Of a DNA stretch of 64,000 nt, positions 36,895 through 49,526 are shown piece by piece; position 1 is the first letter of the stretch, and every line of letters starts with the position of its first letter. This DNA is from Pocillopora damicornis (Eukaryota): contig NW_020844815.1 of assembly GCF_003704095.1 (NCBI RefSeq), positions 62,001 to 126,000 on the forward strand. The letters run 5' to 3'. Below the pieces are notes generated by a model, which ran no database searches, had not been told where the DNA came from, and was given only the letters and a program-made list of their open reading frames with translations. The position numbers and the translations under genes are program-made.

Positions 36895-37401
36895 GAACCA
36901 AACGGCACAAAAAGTTACCATAGCGACTGAAATAATCTACAAGAATAGTTTCTCGATATAGAACTTATGGTGTTTTCCATTAAGTGGAATAACTTAAACC
37001 TAAATGGGTAAGAACACTGGTTACTCGTCAATTAAAGCTCTTAAGAAGACGAAAAGAAGTGTTTTATTCACCTTTAGTAAAGAAATTGTCAAGAAAAATT
37101 CGGTATGGCTAATATCGAACTAGCAGATTTTCTCAGGAGGCGTTATAAAAGGTATCGATTAAGACAATGCAGTCAAAGTGCTGTGCCCCATTAGGTCAAA
37201 CAATACACAAACTTTGCGAAAATAGGTTTAATAAGCTATTGCTCTCGCGAATCATTTACAATATTCACCAGATAGTTTATAGTTTTAGTTTCAGCCCTCT
37301 AGAGTTAAGAAGCTGTTTCAGTCACTGAGAGAACCAGATTCTACTTTAGTTTAAAACCGATTCGTTCAATGATTTGAATTAAGCAGCCAAGCGATTCTAA
37401 G

Positions 37402-40400
37402 CTATTCTAAGTTAACAAAGGTTGCATCTGTCGCAACACCGCAGTTATTATCCTTTTGAGACATGAGGACATAGCCATCGTTGCCCCAGTGTGTAGACCA
37501 CGAATTCTTTATCAGCCAGTAAGCTTGCCCATTCATGGTGCCGTATCCAACGGCAAGCACTGCGTGATCCAAATCTTCGGGTTTATTTCCTAACAGAGAG
37601 TGAAAATATGTTATTTAAAGCTAACAAAGACGGCTATGTGCATACATTGGTCTAAAAACTCAAGTCCCTCTTCAAAACAGACAAATACTGAGGCGAAAAA
37701 AGGTTAAACATTCGAAAATGTTGGGGAATTAGTCGATACTATTAGACAACTTTAATTGGAAAAAGTTATTGTTGAAGTTTAAAGTAAAAGTTATTTAATT
37801 AGAAAACTCTGATGCAAAATGCATACGATCCATTACCTTCTTTCTCTACACTGAATTTTCAACAGCTTGATTTAGGAAGACTTTCGCTTAAGAGAATTGC
37901 TAAACATGGTTGGATAGTAACTTAAGACGTACCACACTGAGGCTCGTAGTACACTCCAAACGAGTAGAAAGCAAACGACCTGTGCGAAGCATCTATTCCA
38001 ACTGATACTGGCCCTTTCTGAGCGATGGCAATCTTGAGCGCTTCAAGATCTCCTGAGGTAACGTTTACATAGCTTTCTATTTTGGCACCAATAGTCCCTG
38101 AGTGACATCTCCCATCCTGAGTAGATCGAATAAAAAAAAGTCAGAAAAACAGAAGAAACCACTCTACCGAGTATAAGTTCCTTGATTCACCTGTGCCAGA
38201 TACTGTCCGTAGGTATATTCCGTCGCTATACCACCATGCTTCATTATCCACTGATATGATCGGAACTCCTCTCCGCCATCACATCCGTTGTTACCAAAAC
38301 CCCAAGAACAATCAATCAGATTTTGTTGAGAAAGGCGGACAAGATTCTTCGTCTGCAGGAAATTATAAATAGTAGTGATAGTAATGCTATCCTACTTGTT
38401 AAGCATGAGGGTCTGACAATGGTAGAATCTGTTGTAAAAAGCGCTAGTAAACAACTTGTGATGAATCACAAGGCAGGAAAATCCGAAGGTTAATTGTGTA
38501 TATAAGCTTTGTTTCGATTCGCTTGGAGTTCTGAGAGTAAATTGATTATATCTACCTTGAGAAACAATGCACCTTCAATTGTTCCGGTGGCGCCAAAACT
38601 CCAACACGACCCACACACTGCTTGATCTTTCACAGGGGTCACCGCTCCTAAAATCGACGCAAACAGCTACTTTAATCTACTTGTCTGAAATTCAGTGCCA
38701 ACACAAGGAATTTCAGTCGACGTCAGTTAATTATCTTCGCAACGAAAGAGCAATGAGAATTTAATTATTTTATCAAAGCTTCTCATAAGATGCATTACTC
38801 ATTTCAACTCACCGCCACAACGTGAAAATCATTTACAATTCTCCACTGTTTCTAAAATCTTCCAACTTAGAGTGCAAGTATACAATAAACACATTTTACA
38901 AACCAACATATTACTTTCCCCATAATGGATGTTTTAAAATTAATACGCGATGTCATAGGAATAATAAAAATTTCGAGAATGCGAAAAATCTACTTTTACG
39001 ATTAAAGTTTCACTCATAAAACTGCTATTACATTTTTCCATTACACGTAAATTGCGTTACCATAAAGTCGCCAATTCATAGTATCCGGGACATCCTTCAA
39101 AGTTGACAAGTCTGGTTTAAATGGAAGGCCACCGTTGTATCCTTCTGTATAAGTACGCCCCCTAAGTACTCTGAGCTCTTCAGTTGAGCGATCTGCCAGA
39201 TGATTTACAGCTACTTGAAAACCAACGTGCTTACGATTGTGCGAATTTATGAACCTGAAATCAAAGTTAGGCTCCACATAAGATAAATGTTAATACTTTC
39301 ACTCCCAAGATTTTATTGGTAATTCTCCTCGCCGTCTGCTCGTAATGTTCGGAGAATTTGGTATTGGATTAACTAACTATCCCTAATTGATATTTTTCTT
39401 TATTCTCATCGCTTGTCTACTTGATATTGTATTGACATCGTAAGGGGAAATTCTGTCTTGATCACTCAAAGGATAAAGGGTTATGCAATTGCAGACGATT
39501 ACGTTAGTGGAAAAACGTAACAAAAACACATTCACTTTTTTTACCAGTTTTCAAAAGATTATTACAATTAAAGCTTTCCCTTTCCTCTGGGCCAATCATG
39601 AATTGAAAACAGGTACTTCTTTTGGTTGCTAAAATTTGTTACAGCAACGTAAGATACAACTCACAAAACCAGTACCGGAAAATCCACAATTCCAAGTTAC
39701 TTTTCATGATTAAAATATTACCGAAACTTTTGGAGTTAACTTAAAGCTGTAAGGTTCCTCGCCAATATCATTCGGTACTGAGTTTACTAAATGAATCGAA
39801 TCTCTGACTTCAAAACAAACCCACGTTATTCTGCCCCAAAATTACCGGCTGACATGAAATAGGGAGTGTTAAGTTTATTTCTCTTAAAATGGAAAGTTTA
39901 CCGACTCCTTGTTTAAGATTGATCACAATTTGCAAGCTATCCTTGTTTTATGTTTTAATAATAATTTTAATACTATGTTTTAAACTTAATATTTCGTTTA
40001 AGAGAATCATAATTTGAGTTCTAAATTTTCAGCAAGTCAAGGAATAGAACTAAACATCGCTTCTGTCAAGCTTTCCTAAAGGTTAATTTTGTCGCAGTAA
40101 AAACAGGTGCAAATCGACCGATACCAACGGCAATGAGAACAATTTTGATTATTATTTTTCTATCAGGCAAACAATATCGATGAAGCTTTGAATTAACGTA
40201 AGTGAGCATTAGAGAAATATTGGTAACGTTATCCGTGAACCTTCAATTAAAAATAGGAAACCTCCGCTGCTCGTTTCGCGGCTTGGCCGCCTCTATTTTC
40301 ATCGAGCCCGTAAAAATCCGTTAGCACTGTGGGCAACTCTAACGCGACTAATGGGATTTTCCTTTCAAAAGTGCACGTCTAAAAACCTTAATATAATGAA

Positions 40401-43400
40401 GAGGCAAATTTTAAGTCCATAGTTCCTTCCGCTGCCCTCGCACGATGTTGTTTTCGCTCGTCATGTTTTGTTCTCGACTATTTCAGCGAGAAAGTAAGAC
40501 TAAATGACGCGTTGGTGGTAAGAAGTGCTGACAGCGCTATTTAGTGGTAATCTGGAAACGTCAAAGGATGTTTTTCCCACGAATCTAGGCACGCAGCATC
40601 AGCGGAAACCGGGATGTTAATTTGTCATATTCGCCCGAGAAATATCTTTGCGGATGTAATCAATTTTGTATCCGTTCCCGAAACAGTTAATGCGTTAATT
40701 AATAACATTTTTCCGATGTAATTTTCTTGGTTGATGAAATAAAACACATATATCAAGATCTACCAATCTTGACTCAGCTGGAAAAAGGTTTGCTTTCGTC
40801 ACCTTGGAAACGAATAGGACTAAAGGGTTACTGAGAGATATCGAATACTCACTTTAATTTTCACAATTAAAAGATTATAATACACATTTCCTTCAATCAA
40901 GATATAAAGAATTGCTGGCAACCAACGATGGAGAAGCAGAAGAGCGCTGACCTTTAACAATAATCAGACCGAACATTAACTCCAGCCACAACTGGCTAAG
41001 AAAAAAAATGGCGAACTTAACGAGCCATGAAAACCAAATTGCATTTCAAGAGTTGCTTTGCAGCACAGCGATCGGACCACGCCAGAAGATATTAATTTCA
41101 TCGTTATCTGGTCCCCTAGCAATCACTGCAATTTTCGGTAATGTTTTGATCATCAGTGCCCTTCAAAAAGTGACTACTCTTTATTCATCATCGAAAGTTC
41201 TGCTTGGGTGCCTAGCATGTACCGATTTAGGAGTGGGGATTATAATACACCCTTTACGTATTGGTTATACCATGTCTCCGGTAAACTCCGAATGGTGTTT
41301 TTATCTAATCAGATTTTACCTTACCATAGGCTCAGTATTTTGCGCAATATCCCTGTTTACACTGACTGCAATCAGTATAGACAGACTTCTCGCTATATCA
41401 TTGGGGCTAAGATACAGACATGTAGTAACTTGGAGGAAAGTGTGGATTCTCGTTGTCACCTTTTGGGTTTCAAACGCTTTCTTTGCAACGTTAGCTTTTT
41501 ACAGCATCCGTATTTATGCTGGAATCGTCGTCATTTTATTGGGGTCATGTATAGTAATCTCTACATTCTGCTACTCAAAGATCTATGTCAGCCTTTCCAA
41601 GCATCAGAAGCAAGTTCAAGAACATATTCACCAGGGACAGCCAAACGAAAGAGGAGTGCCTCTGAATATAGCACGGTACAAAAGGACAGTGTCCAGTGCA
41701 CTGTGGGTGCAAGTGACATTGCTGGTTTGTTATCTTCCGTTTGGTATAGTCACAGTTGCGTATTATATCACTGAATCACTGACACCAACCCTTAAGATCA
41801 TTATCGATGTAGCAGTGTCCCTGATGTTATCCAACTCATCTCTGAACCCTTTCCTTTATTGCTGGAAGGTAAGGGAGGTAAAGCAAGCTGTGAAGGAAAC
41901 GATCAGACAGTTTTGTTGTTTTTCAAGTCAATAATCCTCAAATGCAAAGAGTTGTTTATGTTTTCGTTTTCACGAAAACCGCTACCAAACGGCGTAAGAA
42001 CAGTGACAGAGACACAGAATTTCTGAACGTCTTGTCAGGCTTGAAAGAGTCACCGTACGCCCACTTTCTTAAAATTGAACCCTCCATAACTTGCAACCTC
42101 GATTACTCATGCCTATTTGATGTCCTTTGGAGGTTCCTATCCTACTGACGTTCGATACAAGCACACTTATACGAAGCTGGTAGTCAGTCATACTATCAAC
42201 CTAACGAAATCAGCCGTGGAGCGTTTTCGACGAAGCGTCCTATCAGAACTACGGCAAAGATGGCAAAGAGCAAATAACTCGCAGTAAACGCAAAAAACCG
42301 TCATCAAGCAAGGGAAAACGTAGGCAACCGTGTCCCTTCAACTTACTGGTTAAGAGCACAGTGGCGCGAGTTTTCTGCACCAATCACAAAGAGTCGTAAA
42401 GCAAGAGATAATCAATCTAAAATTGCTCTTCAAGATCAAAGCTTCGCCCTCCATGGTTTCTTGGTCAAACTTAACAGCGTTTTCTAAGAAATACACAGTT
42501 CAGTCGCATTTGTTCAAGATGGAAACAGTAGTTAATTAAAAACTGGCGGAAACAGAAACCCGTCGTATTTAAGCCACAGTTTATTTCCACATCCTCTGCA
42601 GTTTCCACAAGTTAACTCGGTAAACAAATGGAGAAGTAAGGCCTTTTAGTAATGGTTTTTAAAAAACAAAATCGTGTTCAACTTGAAACACTTGTGCGAT
42701 CTAATTCCCTCTTTCTTGAAGCTCATACTCATAGTAGAATACAAAATTCTCAAAAAAATTTTATATTAAACGACAGGCAGATTTTACGTTCAGTAGGCAA
42801 CTTTGATTTATTGTGTGTGCTTTTTGATGAGTGCCGAAGCGACCGAACTACGCATGGATTTTAGTTGCTAAAGAAACTGTTACACTGCGTGGGCGGGCAA
42901 TTGAAAAAATAGGTTGGCTACCTACGATAAGATACTAAACGTTGGTAGACCAATGAAGCGATTTAAAAGTATTGAACTGCTGACGTTTCGAGCTTTAGTC
43001 CTACGTCGGACTACAGTTGACCGATCACTTTTCACGGACTGCGTCTCCAATAGCGTAACAGCAAACCCAACCATTCAGCATCGATTGAATTATCGTGAGA
43101 ACTTATCATGTAATTCACTTCTTATCACCGACTTTGATAAAGAGGATGTTTGATTTTCTTGTTTTTTGATAGACCGACAAGTTGTATTGTCTGTAATGTG
43201 TTATGGTCTGAATAGAAGCACAATTAAAGTGGCAATACGCCAATTACATTACCGTTTTAATTTTGAGTCCTCTGTTTATTTCATCTGTCGTTAAACATCC
43301 CCAAATCCCATGGTTTCGCATAACCTTCAAGTTGTATTTCTATGTTCGCGCAATTAAAGCTTTCATTTCCAGTTGCATTTAAAATTTTGGGGAACTAAGC

Positions 43401-46400
43401 TGGTGGTCTAAGAATGAGCGATTTACAAATCATTTTCCTGCTTACATATTTTTCAGAACCACTCAGAACCAATATCAACATCGCTCTCACGGGGTACAGA
43501 AACAGGTTGTTCATCACTGTCACAAGCAAACCGCACTTAAAGTTTTTAGCTCACGTACTGAAATATCCAAATCAGAAGCCACCCACCGAACGAAAGAGAA
43601 GCACACGCGATTTTAAAGATGAGACTTTGATAATAGAACCTGCTTGGAAAACAAATGGCTAACGTAACTGAAGGCGAAAAACAAAGCACAACTCAAGAGT
43701 TATTTTGCGAAACAGAAACACGCCAGAAGATGCTTATCTTAATTTCAAGTTTCCCTCTGGCTGTCGTTGCATTTTTGGGGAATGCTGTGATCATTGCTGC
43801 CCTTAGAAACGTGTCAACTCTGCATCCGTCCTCGAAAATCTTACTCGTTTGTCTTGCGTGCACTGATGTGGGAGTGGGCCTTATTTCACATCCTCTTCTG
43901 ATTGGCTACCTGATGTCTGAAGGACACCTCAAAATTTGTAGCTATCTTGGAATCTTTTTTTACAAAATAGGTTTCACTCTTTGCGGTGTATCTTTGCTAA
44001 CACTGACTGCAATCAGTGTGGACAGACTTCTTGCCCTGTTATTGCGGCTCAGATACAAAGATCTTGCAACAGTAAAGAGAGCAAGGATCCTTGTTGTTGC
44101 CATTTGGCTTGTTAGCCCTGCGGGTGTGGTAGTGGTACTTTACAACTTCCGCATCGCTGCTGGTCTCTCTTTTGCTGTAGTGGTACCGTGCGTAGCAATC
44201 TCTACCCTCTGTTACACAAAAATTTATCACACCCTTCGCCATCACCAAACCCAAGCGCGAGAACAGATTCACCAAGGAAAACCGCATGGGAGAGGGATTC
44301 AACTCAAGATAGCGCGTTACAAAAAGACAGTGTCCAGTGTGCTGTGGGTGCAAATAACTTTGCTGGTTTGTTACCTTCCATATCTAACCGTGGCATTTAC
44401 ATATTCCATCAGCCGACAAGTAACACAAGCTCTTAGAGACGCTGTGGCAGTAACATTGTCTCTTTTGCTGTGTAACTCCTCCCTGAACCCTTTCCTCTAC
44501 TGCTGGAAGATAAGGGAGGTAAAACAAGCAGTGAAGGAGACAGTCAGGCAATTTTGGTGCTTCTCAAGGCAACTTTAAAGTATCTCTGTCAGTAAACATC
44601 TCACTGATTATTACAATAGACACTCCTTACAACTTCACGTCTATTTAGGGGTGTCATTCAGAAATAGGTGTTAGCGCTGGATTTTGTCCAGAGGGCTCGA
44701 TTTAATCCTTTGGGTAGTCACTTCGGGGGCCACGTAGGACCGCCGAAAGCCTTATGACTAAGTTCAGATTCACTCGTTCTGGAACAGGTGAGATCTTTTG
44801 GAGGAAGACTCAAAGGAATGAAACAATAGCGCAATTAAACGACCTCGAGTGGCAGCATCTACAAGTGTATCCTCCTTGTTTTGAAGTGTCAATGAACTCC
44901 AAAGAACGATTGAAAACAATTTATGCCTGAAGTTTTTTCGCTCAATGTTTTCACGTTTGATTTGTATTATTAAAACTGAGAATTTTCAGAGCTTTAAAAA
45001 GAGTTAAACCCTTTAACCCCTAAGCGTGACTAGCATCTAATCTCTCCTTACAATATCACCACTGAATCACACATTGATGTCATGAGAATAAAGGAAATGA
45101 TCAGCAACTAAAGAAACTCTTGATTGTTTGACAAATTCTCCTTGTCAGCACCTTAGTAAATGTACAGAAAACAATATGGAGAATATGAATACTAATGTTT
45201 GGGTGTAAAGGGTTAAAAAAACCCTAACATTGTAGGACATGATGTCTCTTGGCCTATGAAGACATAACCCTTAATTTGTGTACTATTGCTAAGCTCCAGA
45301 GTCATCAGAAAAAAGTATAAAAAAACAAACAAAAAAAAAATTCTTTACCAAAACTACATCAATGCCTATTAAGGACAACTGACAAATGGTCCACAAAAAT
45401 TATAATACTTATAGAAGTTAAGTCCTATGTGCTGGTATGGTATCATAATTTAAGCACATACTACTGCTCTTGGAACAGCCTCCTCACCTCTTAGACAGAA
45501 TCAACAATTCAATTCTGGACCTCATATTGGCCTCATAAAAATTCCTGAAATATTGTATGTGCGCCCACTTGGACCAATACCTTGTGTACCTGTTATTATA
45601 CTCTTTGCACAAATTGTTTCTAATCATTAATTCAGTACATTTCCTAAGCCAATTAAAAATCTTTTAGTATTAAACTTGTCAACTAAAGTGTAGGAACTAG
45701 AATCATTTTTAAGTCAACTGTTAGCAAAAAGTAGATAGTGATTTCAGTACAACATTTCCCAAAACAAGTCAATGAATTTAATTTGAGAGCATGTGATCTT
45801 GGGTGGACCCCTCAAATTAATTTACAGGCATGTGATCTGGGATGGATCCCTCAAGAAACAAATAATATTGCTTTTATTCAAAGTGGATGAGTTTCAATAA
45901 AATATTCACCTACAAATAATGTTATCATGAGCTTCTAGATTTTTTTGAGACCTCCTTAAATACTGGAGAAAAACTTTGTGTACTTGCATCATGGTGCAAA
46001 ATTGCTTGCACAGATTTAATAACAAAACTCAACAGGGGCAGCTTAACTAAATCTTCCAACTTATCATGGAAAACTACAGAGCAAAGCACACCATCATCCA
46101 ATATCAAAGCTTTAATTCTTACCTCAAATTTTGCCTAAAGATATCTCTGCGCCTGTGATGTTCCTCCCTCTCCACTGTGTTGGCATATTTTTTGGGGTGC
46201 TTTATCAGGAAGTGTTCAAACAGCTCATGTACTTTTTCATGGCCATAGGGTTCAACAAACTCTTGCATAGGATTTGCCAATAAGCTTGTCATTGCTCCAG
46301 GTCCAGGGAAACCTCTGCAAGTCATACCTGATTGAACAAGGAAACAATTTAAAACAACAATTAAGCACACAAATGTCTTTAAATAAAATAATGATCTTTT

Positions 46401-48339
46401 TTTAATCAATAATATTTATAACTCATTATAGCCAAAAAGTTCAAATGAGAAGGTTTAACCCTTTAACTCCCATGAGCGACCAATGCAGAATTTCTCCTTA
46501 GAGTATTCTATACAATATCAAGCAGATGAGTTATGAGAACAAAGTAAAATATTATAACTTAGGGGATAATTAGTTGATCCAATACTAATTTCTCCAAACT
46601 AATACTTTAAGAATTGTATGGCAGGCAGTAAAGAGAATTACTAATGAGATCTTGAGAATGAAAGGGTCTGACCAGGCAAAACAAACAAAAATCAAACAAA
46701 AAAACAAACCTGGGATCTCAAACACTTTAGCAGGTGGCATTAGAGGTGAATAATCCATAAAATCAATCAAATATTTGTCATAGTGAGAACCCAAAAGAGT
46801 GTCGTAGCCCAACATTTCATAGTGAACAGGATTTGGTGGTTCAGACTGGGATGTATACATGTTGTATGTGTTAACTTTGTGTTGTTCTGTTTGAGTGTAA
46901 GTCCATACTGTACAGTTGCCTACAATACAGTCACCATAGCCACCAAACTGGAGAAAAAAAAATTTGAAAACACAAACAAACAACAATCTTTACCTCATTA
47001 CTCTGTTTAACAAATGAGATATGTTTAGGACTGACTATCAATGAGACTCACTCTCTTCAAAATGCTCATCCAACAGTGTCCTCGTTAACAAAATTTTACC
47101 ATAGACAACAAATAGTTATAACCAAAAATGATGTTTCTAAGATTCCATTCTTACTTGAAGTAATAGGAAGTGTGCATTTTCAGTATTTAGTATGACTATG
47201 GGACACCAAAACTTTATTACACGTTTTTTGCATGCATGGAGTAAGGTATTCTTCCTGCAAAATGCCATAGTGAAGATAACTTCAAAAACTGATCTTCAAG
47301 AGGACTAACAGCAACATGACATATTTATCTGAAGCCCAGTTGCATTGAAACCATTTTTGACTGATAACTCCCTCACACATTTCCTCAAAGATTACATAAC
47401 ATTGCACAACTTGCCTTGAAATTTGAGAGGTCAGGTAAAACTGACTGTATTTTCACTGGGGCATCCTTGGTTCCATTCACTTGAAAGCAGGTTTTCACAT
47501 TCAACTCAGTCTCAGTGGTCTCTGGACAGACTCTGTAACTTGAACCAAACATCCCAACATCTTCTCGCTGAATTGTAATGTCCAACCCTTGCAAAAAGGA
47601 AACAATTTATCCCAAAGTTTTCATTGGTACTCATAATTACAAAACGCCAATGGTATGAGTTCATTATGAAACTGAAAATATTTGCTAAGCCTAAAAATAG
47701 AGCTCCAATTAGTTGATTTTTACTGCCCACAGCTTCATTTGAACTCCTCACAGGCTTTTGAAAAGTTTACTTAAAATAATAGAGGGAGTCTCTGGACTAT
47801 TGACAACGGAACTAAATGTCCACTTCTATTTGCTCAAGCGACGTTGTTCTCATCAAAATTCACGGAGATGAGAACATTTTATACAAGACAAAACAGTTTA
47901 GTCAGAGACGGACTTGAATTTAGATGCGCTGGTTGTGCGAAATCAGCACAAAGCGCCCATAGAAATGTTAATTAGTTGCGTGTCCCAGGCAAGTAACCTG
48001 AAGTGTGGAATACTTAAATGATATTTTCACTTGTGGGCAAACAGGGCGGACCTTGCACTCCCACCAATTTGAAAACTTAATATAAATGATGCGGAAAAGA
48101 AAGATGATGACTTGGCGACGTTTCCTGACTCTGAAGGTCTCACCTGAATAATAATCGATCCTGCTCCTGCCATTTTCACCGTCAAACCAAACCTCCATAG
48201 GTTCCACGATTTCAGCATATGGCAAGCGCAGCACGCCAGAGACGGTGTAAGCGTTAGACCATTGCGGAGGAGTATCCGACAATGGCTTTGCAACAACAAC
48301 AGATAGGAGAAGCGAAGAGATCACGTAAGTCAGAGCCAT
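37402..48339 (-). CDS. 26/29-kDa proteinase / counting-factor-associated protein D (CfaD)-like papain-family (C1A) cysteine protease; 9 exons, 543 aa
   Basis: Signal peptide [18 protein letters not shown]-terminal 26-kDa domain ([30 protein letters not shown]...SRIDYY; [17 protein letters not shown]). I29-type prodomain ([21 protein letters not shown]...AVNHLAD). Catalytic motifs [21 protein letters not shown] and YWLIKNSWS. Exons 48144-48339, 47415-47587, 46710-46947, 46123-46327, 39061-39254, 38556-38647, 38191-38352, 37933-38116 and 37402-37589 total 1632 nt in frame. Confidence 0.95.
39290..39483. mobile_element. Degenerate TTAA-type MITE
   Basis: TTAATACTTTCACTCCC ... GATAAAGGGTTA; the internal sequence is the reverse complement of the 11357 copy. 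Confidence 0.7.
41008..41934 (+). CDS. Intronless class A (rhodopsin-like) GPCR of the cnidarian-expanded adenosine/melanocortin-receptor-like group; nested antisense in the protease intron
   Basis: 308-aa ORF with 7 hydrophobic segments and motifs GN (TM1), LACTD (TM2), SIDRL (DRY variant), CYLP (TM6) and [11 protein letters not shown] (NPxxY). N-terminal N-glycosylation sequon NLT. Confidence 0.93.
   Translation: MANLTSHENQIAFQELLCSTAIGPRQKILISSLSGPLAITAIFGNVLIISALQKVTTLYSSSKVLLGCLACTDLGVGIIIHPLRIGYTMSPVNSEWCFYLIRFYLTIGSVFCAISLFTLTAISIDRLLAISLGLRYRHVVTWRKVWILVVTFWVSNAFFATLAFYSIRIYAGIVVILLGSCIVISTFCYSKIYVSLSKHQKQVQEHIHQGQPNERGVPLNIARYKRTVSSALWVQVTLLVCYLPFGIVTVAYYITESLTPTLKIIIDVAVSLMLSNSSLNPFLYCWKVREVKQAVKETIRQFCCFSSQ
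43655..44578 (+). CDS. Intronless class A GPCR, tandem paralog of 41008-41934
   Basis: 307-aa ORF with GN, LACTD, SVDRL, CYLP and [23 protein letters not shown]. Shares blocks such as [22 protein letters not shown] with the upstream copy. Confidence 0.93.
   Translation: MANVTEGEKQSTTQELFCETETRQKMLILISSFPLAVVAFLGNAVIIAALRNVSTLHPSSKILLVCLACTDVGVGLISHPLLIGYLMSEGHLKICSYLGIFFYKIGFTLCGVSLLTLTAISVDRLLALLLRLRYKDLATVKRARILVVAIWLVSPAGVVVVLYNFRIAAGLSFAVVVPCVAISTLCYTKIYHTLRHHQTQAREQIHQGKPHGRGIQLKIARYKKTVSSVLWVQITLLVCYLPYLTVAFTYSISRQVTQALRDAVAVTLSLLLCNSSLNPFLYCWKIREVKQAVKETVRQFWCFSRQL
45004..45216. mobile_element. TTAA-flanked MITE
   Basis: TTAAACCCTTTAACCCC ... GGGTGTAAAGGGTTAA. Confidence 0.85.
46455..46666. 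mobile_element. TTAA-type MITE
   Basis: TTAACCCTTTAACTCCC ... GAGAATGAAAGGG; same subfamily as the 11357 copy. Confidence 0.8.
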
Positions 48340-49526
48340 TTAATCACGACCGTTCTTCGAATCACTACAAAATCTCGTGACTGTCAAGACATATAGAGTT
48401 ACAAGGAGATAAAAACTAGACCCCAGGAATACGTCCCAACACATAATAGTCAAGGGCCCGGATTTGCCTTTTTCACAGTGATTGGAATAAAAAATAAATA
48501 GAATAATGATTGAACGGGAAACTAGAAAAAGAAAAGAAAACAAAGAAAGACAACCAAAAAAAAAACGGCTCGAAAATGTCTATAAGGTTTGCACAGGGAA
48601 AAGAGATTAACACCCTCCCTCCCCTCCTCCGTCGGGACGTTCCACACTATCCCCCCTAAAATGGATTCTTTTAGTAGGTCTGCATCCTTGATTAAAAAAA
48701 AAAACCAAGTTACTAAAGTTCATTTTCCCTAAACCTTCCCATTCGGATGATGTATTCCTTTCCTTGGCTCGACTCTCCGGCGTGTGATTATTTGCTTTCC
48801 GATTTATCTCCTTTACTCCAAATTGTCATCACCTTACAACTTACAACACAACCTCACAGTGTACCCAAGTACGTGTCAAAAAGGCAGACACTATAATTCA
48901 CAAACATGGATATTTCAATCCGTTTTGTTGGTGTTTTAAAACTACCACATCGAGTGATCACCTATAAGACCTCACAAAAACAATGAGTAAGATCCTCAGT
49001 CTCTTTAGATATTAAATCATACGCATGATAACTACAAATAGCCTTTATTAATTTTTTTCCTTACATTCGGTCGGTCTTTACAACAAAGGAAACGCTTTTT
49101 CATATCTAAATATTTTAATATGTACACATTATTATAACATTTTATATACAATAAAACATTCGAAAAACACTTTCCATGCCTTAAAAACTCACATACTGGC
49201 AATCAGTCAAACGAGATTGTGATGAGCTACGATAGCATTCCTTTTAAATGGTGCTCCGTAAACAAAATAAACTGTTTGTTTGTACTTAGTTCAGCGACCT
49301 GATTTCTACCTCTGAGACTGAAATAGAAAAATTGGCCTTTGAAATAACAAGTTATCAACAGCGAGACTGGTTTTTTTTTCAAGTCCTTGACAAATAAAAA
49401 TGATTTATTTCTCCTATACTTATAGTATGACACACGTCTATCAGTCTGGGAAGGGTAGGAGGTCACTTATCACTGAAAAATAAAAACAGTTTCTGTGTCT
49501 TTACAGCCTGGTTAGCCACATTTTCC

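Noticed and set aside
36692-36961. ORF-track 89-aa product as the last exon of the plus-strand gene
   Set aside because: Wrong phase for the upstream exon; the phase-compatible frame encodes the RAD51-binding motif.
41208-41774. 188-aa alternative-frame ORF overlapping the first GPCR (also 44188-44436)
   Set aside because: Shadow frame of a hydrophobic coding sequence; no recognisable motifs, and not kept at full length in the paralog.
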